Positions 23,416 to 30,861 of a DNA stretch of 64,000 bases are shown piece by piece. The translations under genes and the position numbers were made by a program. Origin of the DNA: an uncultured Acidobacteriota bacterium (GTDB taxonomy: Bacteria > Acidobacteriota > Thermoanaerobaculia > Multivoradales > SZUA-115); contig CAWDVR010000001.1 of assembly GCA_963805975.1 (NCBI GenBank), positions 896,001 to 960,000 of the forward strand. Reading direction: 5' to 3'. Positions within the stretch are counted from its first letter, which is position 1, and each line of letters begins with the position of its first letter. Below the pieces are notes generated by a model that saw nothing but the letters and a program-made list of their open reading frames with translations, was not told the origin of the DNA and did not search any database.

Positions 23416-25332
23416 ATGCCCAAGCACTACAGCCACGGCGGGCGGGTGAGCCCGGGCGGACCTGGCGTGGCTGGCGGGGCGCCGGTCGACGACCGGGTGC
23501 CGCGCTCGCTGCGGCAGCGGTTCTCGGCGCTCGGCAATCTTCGCCCCTTCCTGCGGCTGGTGTGGGAGATCCACCCCGGCATGACGGCCGGCACGCTGGT
23601 GCTGCGGCTGCTGCGGGCGCTGCTGCCCGTGGCCACGCTCTTCGTCGGCAAGCTGATCATCGACGAGGTGGTGCGGCTCGGGCAGATCCCGGCACCGCCG
23701 CCCGATCTCTCCGCCTGGCTGGCCAGCGGGCTGCTGCGAACGTTGCTCATGCTGCTCGGCATCGAGCTGGCGCTGGCCATCCTCTCCGATCTGCTCGGCC
23801 GGCTGGTGTCGCTGCTCGAGTCGCTCCTTGCCGAGCGGTTCGCGAACACCACCAGCGTGCGGCTCATGGAGCACGCGGCGACCCTCGACCTCGAGGACTT
23901 CGAGGACAGCGAGGTCCAGGACCAGCTCGAGCGCGCGCGCCGCCAGGCGGCCGGGCGCTCCGGCCTGCTCGGCCAGCTCTTCGGCCAGGCGCAGGACGTG
24001 GTGACGATCGCCGCCTTCGCCGCCGGGTTGGCGTTCTATGCGCCCTGGCTCATCGCGCTGCTGGTGCTGGCCGTGGTCCCCGCCTTCCTGGGCGAGACGC
24101 ACTTCAACGCCCAGGGTTACGAGCTGGCCTGGCGGCGCACCCCGGCCCGTCGCGAGCTCGACTACCTGCGCGCCACCGGCGCCAGCGTCGAGACCGCCAA
24201 GGAGGTGAAGATCTTCCGCCTCGAACCCTACCTCGTCGAGCGCTACCGGACGCTGGCCGACGATCTCTACCGCGCCAACCGGGCGCTCGTCGTGAAGCGC
24301 GCCGGGTGGGGCGGGCTGTTCACCGCGGCCGGTACGCTCGGCTACTACGGCGCCTACGCCTTCCTGGCCTGGCGCACCCTCTCGGGCGACCTCACGATCG
24401 GCGACCTGACCTTCCTCTCGGGGTCGTTCCGCCGGCTGCGCAACCTGCTCGAGGGGCTGCTGATCGGGTTCTCGCAGGTCGCCGGGCAAGCGCTCTACCT
24501 GGACGACCTGTTCTCGTTCTTCGACCTCGCGCCGGAGATCGTCTCGCGGCCGGGTGCGGCGCCCTTCCCGGCCCCGATCCGCACCGGCTTCGTCTTCGAG
24601 AACGTCGGCTTCCGCTACCCCGACGCCGAGCGCTGGGCGGTGCGCCACCTCTCGTTCACCCTCGAGGCCGGCGAGGTGCTGGCGCTGGTGGGCGAGAACG
24701 GCGCCGGCAAGACGACGCTGGTGAAGCTCCTGGCGCGCCTCTACGACCCGGACGAGGGTCGGATCCTCCTCGACGGACGGGATCTCCGCGACTACGACCT
24801 CGCCGGGCTGCGCGGCCGGGTGGGGGTCATCTTCCAGGACTTCGTGCGCTATCACCTCACCGCGGGCGAGAACATCGCCGTCGGCCGCATCGAGGCCAAG
24901 GACGACCGCGGGCGCATCGAGGCCGCGGCCGAGCGCAGCCTCGCCGCCGAGGTGATCGCCAGGCTGCCCAAGGGCTACGACCAGCCGATCGGCCGGCGAT
25001 TCAAGGGCGGCGTCGAGCTCTCCGGCGGCGAGTGGCAGAAGATCGCCATCGCCCGTGCCTACATGCGCGACGCCGACGTGCTGATCCTCGACGAACCGAC
25101 GGCGGCGCTCGACGCGCGCTCGGAGTTCGAAGTCTTCCAGCGCTTCGCGGAGCTGTCGCGGGGCAAGACCGCCGTGCTCATCTCGCACCGCTTCTCGACG
25201 GTTCGTCGCGCCGACCGCATCCTGGTGCTGGCCGACGGCGAGATCGAGGCGGCCGGCACCCACGACGAGCTCGTCGCCCAGGGCGGTCGCTACGCCGAGC
25301 TCTTCGACCTCCAGGCCGCGGGCCTACGCTAG
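23416..25332 (+). CDS. ABC transporter, fused permease/ATPase
   Basis: GENGAGKTT, LSGGEWQK, LDEPTAALD and SHRFSTV motifs. Confidence 0.92.
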   Translation: MPKHYSHGGRVSPGGPGVAGGAPVDDRVPRSLRQRFSALGNLRPFLRLVWEIHPGMTAGTLVLRLLRALLPVATLFVGKLIIDEVVRLGQIPAPPPDLSAWLASGLLRTLLMLLGIELALAILSDLLGRLVSLLESLLAERFANTTSVRLMEHAATLDLEDFEDSEVQDQLERARRQAAGRSGLLGQLFGQAQDVVTIAAFAAGLAFYAPWLIALLVLAVVPAFLGETHFNAQGYELAWRRTPARRELDYLRATGASVETAKEVKIFRLEPYLVERYRTLADDLYRANRALVVKRAGWGGLFTAAGTLGYYGAYAFLAWRTLSGDLTIGDLTFLSGSFRRLRNLLEGLLIGFSQVAGQALYLDDLFSFFDLAPEIVSRPGAAPFPAPIRTGFVFENVGFRYPDAERWAVRHLSFTLEAGEVLALVGENGAGKTTLVKLLARLYDPDEGRILLDGRDLRDYDLAGLRGRVGVIFQDFVRYHLTAGENIAVGRIEAKDDRGRIEAAAERSLAAEVIARLPKGYDQPIGRRFKGGVELSGGEWQKIAIARAYMRDADVLILDEPTAALDARSEFEVFQRFAELSRGKTAVLISHRFSTVRRADRILVLADGEIEAAGTHDELVAQGGRYAELFDLQAAGLR

Positions 25333-25361
25333 GAGTCCCTATGCCCCGAACGGGAGCTAGC

Positions 25362-26369
25362 TCAGCGCGCCGGCTCGAAGGTCGCCATTCTCGCCAGCCG
25401 TCGCAGGCCGGCGCGCATGGGTAGAGGCAGCCGCCGTAGGGGATGGCGCCGTGCGCGCTCGGCGTGGTGGGGGAGCTCTTCGTAGAGGAGCCTCGCCCAA
25501 CGCTCGGTGGTGGCGTCGAAGCTCATCTCCGGAGCGCGGCTCCGGCCGTGCTCCACCATGGCCTGGTAGAGGCCCGAGTCTCCAGCCAGCCTCAGCACCG
25601 CCTCGCGCGCCTCGGCGACGGAGGTGGCTTCGAGGTAGTCGAGCGGCGAGCGGCGGAACTCGCGGTAGGCGAACTCGGGCCCCAGGATCGCCGGCACCCC
25701 GGCCGCCCAGGCGTTGTAGAGCTTGGTGGCGGGCTTGCCGGTGTGGAGGCGACGGTCCGGTGGTCGCAACGCGACGATCAAGTCCACCTCGAGAGTAGTC
25801 GTTCCAGGCGAGGCGGTGCTCCTCGGTGGCCGAGCCGGCGTAGGCCACCATGTCCTCCTCCCAGGTGAAGCCGCGCTCGGCCACGAAGGCGCGCCACTCG
25901 GACGCGAGGAAGCCGGGGGAAGGTTGGCGGAGAAGCCCTTGAAGGCCAGGTGGCGGACGGCCGTGCCGCGCGCGGGATCGCGGGGCACGAGCCCCGCCTG
26001 CGGCCAGAAGGGGATGCAGAAGCGCCGCCGCCCGTCCGCCCAGCGCCCGTTCTGCACCACTTCGAAATCCGCGAGGTGCGGCTCGCGGTTGTCGGCTCGC
26101 ACCCCCACGAGGAGCAGATCCTTCCTGCCGCGACAGGCCACGGCGACCTGGTGCCGCTGCTTGGCGTGGAAGACCACCAAGCCCTCTTCCGGCGAACGGT
26201 CGGTCAGCGTCGCCGGGTAGCCCCGGTGGACGAGGCGCAGGTAGGTCTGCACCACCCAGGCGCGCTCACCGCGCACGTACTCCCGCCAGTCACGCTCGAG
26301 GTCCAGGCGGGCGAGAGCGGCCGGATCGCCCTCGCCGTGGACGAAGAATGTGACGGGGAGCGTGCTCAC
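25362..26369 (-). CDS. Glycosyltransferase-like protein with a compensated double frameshift (~25917 and ~25793)
   Basis: KPATKLYNAWAAGVPAILG resembles a GT-B C-domain; a ~40-codon internal stretch reads sensibly only in another frame (FLASEWRAFVAERGFTW...WNDY). Confidence 0.7.
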   Translation of the reverse strand: MSTLPVTFFVHGEGDPAALARLDLERDWREYVRGERAWVVQTYLRLVHRGYPATLTDRSPEEGLVVFHAKQRHQVAVACRGRKDLLLVGVRADNREPHLADFEVVQNGRWADGRRRFCIPFWPQAGLVPRDPARGTAVRHLAFKGFSANLPPASSRPSGAPSWPSAASPGRRTWWPTPARPPRSTASPGTTTLEVDLIVALRPPDRRLHTGKPATKLYNAWAAGVPAILGPEFAYREFRRSPLDYLEATSVAEAREAVLRLAGDSGLYQAMVEHGRSRAPEMSFDATTERWARLLYEELPHHAERARRHPLRRLPLPMRAGLRRLARMATFEPAR

Positions 26370-26401
26370 GCGCTGCCCGCCGAGATCCTTCGCTGTGCTC
26401 C

Positions 26402-28318
26402 CTAGCTGCCGCTGGCCGTCGCCGGCGGCTGGCCCCAGCCGAGGATCGTGTCGATGGTGCCGGTCGACACCGAGTGGTAGCCCGGCCGCGCCTTCTCGTA
26501 GACCCTGGCCGCCCAGGCCTTGCCTTCCGGCGTCTTGGCGAGGGCTACGTAGAGGGGCCGCAGGTACTTGCGACGGCCCACCCGCAGCAGGAACTCCTCG
26601 AGCGCCGCGTAGGCCGGCTGGTGGTTGTTGGCGATCGCCACCTCGAACCACGCCTCCTGGATCTCGGAGTTGCCGCTCGCGGTCAGGCCCCAGGCCTGGT
26701 CGAGGTCGGCGAGGCGGGAAGCCTCGACCGGCGAGGCGAGGAGCCCGTGCAGGAAATGCAGCTTCTCGTGCGTGCTCCACTCGGCGCTCGCGAGTCTCGC
26801 GGCCGGCGTACCGGCACGGAAGCGGGCCAGCTCGGCTTCGACGCGCTCGAAGGCCGCGGACTTGGGGTTAGCCGCGCCTTCCGGCAGGCCGGGACCGTCC
26901 ACCCATGCCAGGATGTCCACCCTGGTGCCCGCCGCCGGGAGCCGCTCGGCGAGGTAGGCGAGGAAGCGATCGGTGGTCATCGACTGGAAGGCGTGGCTCT
27001 CGAAGTAGCCCTTGAGGAACTTGTCCCAGGCCTCGCGCCCCACGGCCTCTTCGAGCGTGCGCAGGAAGAAGTAGCCCTTGACGTAGGCGATGGCGCCCAC
27101 CGCGTCGTCCGGGTTGCGGCCGATGAGCGAGAGGCGAAGGTGGGTGTCCGGGCTGGCCGGCCCCAGGCGCTCGATCTCCTCCCGGAGCTCCACCATGGAG
27201 AGGCTCGACAGCATCTCGGCGTAGTCGCGGCCGTAGACCGCCTCCATGATGCGGTGCTCGAAGTAGGTGGTGAAGCCCTCGTTCAGCCAGAAGTCGTTCC
27301 AGTCGGCGTTGGTCACCAGGTTGCCGGACCAGGAGTGGGCCAGCTCGTGCGCCACCACCGACACCAGCGAGCGATCGCCGGCGATGATCGTCGGGGTGGC
27401 GAAAGTCAGCCGCGGGTTCTCCATGCCACCGAACGGGAAGCTCGGCGGCAGCACCAGCAGGTCGTAGCGCCCCCACTGGTAAGGACCGTAGAGGGCCTCG
27501 GCGGCGACGATCATCTTCTCCGTCTCGGCGAGCTCCCAGGCGGCCTTCTCGGCCACTGCCGGCTCGGCGTAGACCCCGGTCCGCGGCCCGGTGGAGCGGA
27601 GCTCGAGGTCGCCCACGGCGAGCGCCATCAGGTAGGACGGGATGGCCTGCGGCATCCTGAACCGGTAGGTCCCGTCGGCGCTCTTCGCGGTCGGGTTCTC
27701 GGCGCTCATCACCGCCATCAGCTCGGCCGGCACCTTGACCGTGGCCTCGTAGGTGAAGCGCACCGCAGGGCTGTCCTGGAGCGGGATCCAGGTGCGGGCG
27801 AGGATGGCCTGCGACTGGGTGAACAGGAACGGGTGCTTGCCGCCGGCGGTCTGCGCCGGAGAGAGCCACTGCAGGGCCGCGGCGTCCGGGCGGCTGGCGT
27901 AGTCTACGTGCACCACCGCCGTCCGCGGCTCGATGTCGACCACCAGCGCGCGGCCGAGGATCTCGTCCTCCTGGCCGAAGGCCCAGGTCGCCGGTTTGCC
28001 GTCGTCGAGGGTCACGCCCGAGATGTCGAGGCCGCGGGTGTCGAGCGTGAGCTGCCTGGCATCGCGCTTGTTGTCCAGCGAGAGCGAGGCCCGCCCCCGG
28101 ATCTGTTGGGCGGCGAAGTCGACGGTGACGTCGAGCGCCAGATGCTTCACCGCCACCTGGTCGGGCTTGGCGAAGGAGTGCGGATCGGGGCCGGGCGTCA
28201 CTGTCACGCTTTTGGGCTCGGACTTGGCCGGGGGCGGCGAGCCCGCCGGCGCGGCGCAGGCGATGGCGAGCGCGACGAAGGGAAGCATCAGGACGATATC
28301 GACGGGCATCTTCGGCAT
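26402..28318 (-). CDS. M1 aminopeptidase (leukotriene A4 hydrolase-like), probable lipoprotein
   Basis: GGMEN, HELAHSW(18)E and WLNEGFT motifs; AIAC lipobox. Confidence 0.95.
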   Translation of the reverse strand: MPKMPVDIVLMLPFVALAIACAAPAGSPPPAKSEPKSVTVTPGPDPHSFAKPDQVAVKHLALDVTVDFAAQQIRGRASLSLDNKRDARQLTLDTRGLDISGVTLDDGKPATWAFGQEDEILGRALVVDIEPRTAVVHVDYASRPDAAALQWLSPAQTAGGKHPFLFTQSQAILARTWIPLQDSPAVRFTYEATVKVPAELMAVMSAENPTAKSADGTYRFRMPQAIPSYLMALAVGDLELRSTGPRTGVYAEPAVAEKAAWELAETEKMIVAAEALYGPYQWGRYDLLVLPPSFPFGGMENPRLTFATPTIIAGDRSLVSVVAHELAHSWSGNLVTNADWNDFWLNEGFTTYFEHRIMEAVYGRDYAEMLSSLSMVELREEIERLGPASPDTHLRLSLIGRNPDDAVGAIAYVKGYFFLRTLEEAVGREAWDKFLKGYFESHAFQSMTTDRFLAYLAERLPAAGTRVDILAWVDGPGLPEGAANPKSAAFERVEAELARFRAGTPAARLASAEWSTHEKLHFLHGLLASPVEASRLADLDQAWGLTASGNSEIQEAWFEVAIANNHQPAYAALEEFLLRVGRRKYLRPLYVALAKTPEGKAWAARVYEKARPGYHSVSTGTIDTILGWGQPPATASGS

Positions 28319-28413
28319 GGAGACCTCTTGGGTGGTGGGATCGAGATGGAGGAGGCCGGATTCTAGCGCGCCTCGGGCTCGCGGAGCTTGCGGTCGCGGC
28401 CTCTCGCGCAGAA

Positions 28414-28432
28414 ACCCAACGTTGGGTATTAT
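28414..28432 (+). promoter_or_regulatory. Palindromic operator and -10 box of the hicAB-like pair
   Basis: Perfect 14-bp palindrome ACCCAACGTTGGGT (28414-28427) abutting TATTAT (28427-28432). Confidence 0.7.
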
Positions 28433-28438
28433 CGTGCT

Positions 28439-28627
28439 GTGACCTGGGCCGAGTTGATCCGACGCCTTCGCGCCGCGGGGTTCGTGGAGCTACGAACCGG
28501 CAAGGGCAGCCATCGGCAGCTCGTCCATCCCACCGGCGGCAAGGTCATCACCGTCTCCGTACACACCAAAAAGGAAGTCGGCACTGGGCTGGCCCGACGC
28601 ATTCTAAAGGAGGTAGGCCTCTCATGA
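28439..28627 (+). CDS. hicA: HicA-family toxin (mRNA interferase)
   Basis: ELIRRLRAAGF...GKGSH...H...VSVH...GTGLARRILKEVG; GTG start. Confidence 0.88.
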   Translation: MTWAELIRRLRAAGFVELRTGKGSHRQLVHPTGGKVITVSVHTKKEVGTGLARRILKEVGLS

Positions 28628-29016
28628 CCCCTCGCCAGCACTTCACGGCGGTCTTCGAGCAGGAATCGAACGGTACGTTGAGCGCCTGGATCGTCGAGCT
28701 GCCGGGCGTGTACGCCGCGGCTGACAGTCTCAAAGAGGCTCGCAGCGCGATCCTCGAAGCGCTGGACGCGCACCTTGCGGCTCTGCAGGCTCTGGGCAAG
28801 GCGCCCGAGTCGCGGGCCGAGATCGGGTTCGTGCGCTACGAACCCACGAGCATGCCCTCCAAGGCGCTGCGATTTGTAGGGCTCGGAGCCCTGCTCGGCA
28901 AGAAGACCAGCAAGGCCAAGGCTGCTGCCGCCCGCCGCAACGGTAGGAAGGGCGGAAGGCCAGCAGGTGCGGCGAAACCGGTACGAGCAACCACGCCGGC
29001 GCCGGTCGCGAAATAG
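28624..29016 (+). CDS. hicB: HicB-family antitoxin with a basic C-terminal tail
   Basis: FTAVFEQE...ELPGVYAAADSLKEARSAILEAL HicB-like N-domain; ATGA overlap with hicA. Confidence 0.8.
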   Translation: MTPRQHFTAVFEQESNGTLSAWIVELPGVYAAADSLKEARSAILEALDAHLAALQALGKAPESRAEIGFVRYEPTSMPSKALRFVGLGALLGKKTSKAKAAAARRNGRKGGRPAGAAKPVRATTPAPVAK

Positions 29017-29033
29017 ATCCGAGAGCGGCCGGA

Positions 29034-29855
29034 TCAGACCAAAACCCGCGTGCCTTCCAGCTCCTCGCCGGTGAGGGCGCGGAGGAGCGCGCCGGGTTCG
29101 CGGCCGTCGAAGAGGAACGAGGGCACGCCGAGCCGGGCCAGGGTGCGGGTGGCTTCGAGGCGGTGGCGCATGCCGCCGGTGACGTCCACGCCGGCGGCGC
29201 CGCTCACCTCGGTGATGGCCTGCGCCAGAGAGTTGGCGTCCAGCTCGGGCACGGTCCGCCCGGCGGCGTCGAGGAGGCCCGGCGTCTCGCCCAGCCAGAG
29301 GGCGCGCGAGACGGTGAAGCCGCGCGGCGCGAGCCGCCTCGCGATCGCCGTCAGCACGGTCTCGGTCGAGGCGATGGCCGCGCCCTGGCCGGTGTCCATC
29401 ACCACGTCGCCATAGGTCACCGGCAGCAGGCCGGCTTCGAGAGCGCCGAGCAGCGGATCGAGGCTCAGGTTGTTCGCCCGGCCGTGGTGGGTGACGAGGT
29501 AGCTCGAGGGCGCGAGCGAGAACGGCGCCGCACCGGCGGCGAGCAGCGCATCCAGCACCAGGCGGTGCAGGCGCGCCGCCGCCGCCTGGGTGGCGCTGAC
29601 GCCCGCGCGCTGGCTCTCGTCCCGCAAGCCGGTGGTGAGCCGGTGGTGGTGGGCAGCGGCGTGACCGAACGAGCCGCTGCCGTGGCCGAGGAGGATCCGC
29701 TCGCGGCCCTGCCGGCACGCCTGGGCCAGCTCCACGGCCAGCCGTTCGATCAGCTTGCGGCGCGCGGTCTCCGGTCGTCGCTTGTCGGTGAGCAGGCTGC
29801 CGCCGAGCTTGACCAGCACGATCGGGGGTGCAGCCGCGGCACGGAATCGGGCCAT
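29034..29855 (-). CDS. ipk: Isopentenyl phosphate kinase
   Basis: Amino-acid-kinase fold: KLGGSLLTDK, HGSGSFGH (IPK-type His), YGDVV and DVTGGM; located in an isoprenoid operon. Confidence 0.88.
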   Translation of the reverse strand: MARFRAAAAPPIVLVKLGGSLLTDKRRPETARRKLIERLAVELAQACRQGRERILLGHGSGSFGHAAAHHHRLTTGLRDESQRAGVSATQAAAARLHRLVLDALLAAGAAPFSLAPSSYLVTHHGRANNLSLDPLLGALEAGLLPVTYGDVVMDTGQGAAIASTETVLTAIARRLAPRGFTVSRALWLGETPGLLDAAGRTVPELDANSLAQAITEVSGAAGVDVTGGMRHRLEATRTLARLGVPSFLFDGREPGALLRALTGEELEGTRVLV

Positions 29856-29862
29856 GGCGGGA

Positions 29863-30861
29863 TCAGAAGAGGTCCGGCGCCGGGCCGGGACCCGGACCCA
29901 CGCCGTCGCGGATCACGGACAGCACGCCCGGCACCCGCGCCAGGGCCTCGGCCGTCCGCGGCTCGTCCGCGGGCTCGCAGATCACGTGCACGTTGGCTCC
30001 GGCGTCCATGGTGGAGTAGGCCGCGGTAGCCGCGCGGCGCAGTCCCCGCACCGCCTCCAGCACGGCCACGGTGGCGGGGTTCCAGTAGAAAACGGGCGGC
30101 CGGGACGACATGGCGATCAGGTGGAGGTCGATCGCCTCCTCCTCGAGCACCGAGCCCAGGAGGGCGAGGTCGCGGCCGGCGATCGCGCCGCGCACGGCTT
30201 CCAGGCGGGCCGGCAGCAGGCCCAGGCGGCGCTCGAAGTAGGGGCTGGACGGCGCCCGGCGGTGGCCTTCGAGTGACGAGACCTCCTTGGCGCCGGTCTC
30301 GACGATCGCGATCACGTCCCGCAGCTCCCAATGCTCCGCGGGCGCCAGCGGCTCGGCCGGCCCTCCCCCTGCCGAACCGTCTCCAGGCCACTCGACGTAG
30401 CCGCCGAAGACCGAGCGCGCCGCCGAGCCGGAGCCGGAGAGGCGGGCGAGGTCCGAGAGCTCGGCCGGGGAGGGATCGGCGCCGAGGGCACCTGCCACCG
30501 CGGTCGCCAGCGCCGCGAAGCCCGAGGCGGAGGAGGCGAGGCCGGCCGAGGCGGGGAAGCTGTTGCGGGTCGCGACCCGGAAGCCGGCGCTCGAGCCCAG
30601 CCGGCCGCGGAGAGCGTCGAGGTGGCCGCGCACGCGGCGGGCAAAGCCGTCGCCCGCCGGGGCGAGAGCGCCGTCCTCGGCCGCCAGCCAGACCTCGTCC
30701 GGTGCGCCGTCGGCCAGGGCCTCGACCGTCGAGTGGCTGACGCAACGCGAGAGGGTCATCGAGATCGAGGGGTTGACCGGGATGGCGCGCCCGAGATCGC
30801 GGGCGCCCCAGTACTTGACGAAGGCGATGTTGGCCGGCGCCGCCACCGAGGCCTTGCTCAA
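29863..30861 (-). CDS. mvaD: Mevalonate (di)phosphate decarboxylase family, probably mevalonate-5-phosphate decarboxylase
   Basis: NIAFVKYWG, NPSISMTL, GLASSASGFAA, SGSAARS and DAGANVH motifs; TTG start overlaps the upstream TGA. Confidence 0.88.
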   Translation of the reverse strand: MSKASVAAPANIAFVKYWGARDLGRAIPVNPSISMTLSRCVSHSTVEALADGAPDEVWLAAEDGALAPAGDGFARRVRGHLDALRGRLGSSAGFRVATRNSFPASAGLASSASGFAALATAVAGALGADPSPAELSDLARLSGSGSAARSVFGGYVEWPGDGSAGGGPAEPLAPAEHWELRDVIAIVETGAKEVSSLEGHRRAPSSPYFERRLGLLPARLEAVRGAIAGRDLALLGSVLEEEAIDLHLIAMSSRPPVFYWNPATVAVLEAVRGLRRAATAAYSTMDAGANVHVICEPADEPRTAEALARVPGVLSVIRDGVGPGPGPAPDLF

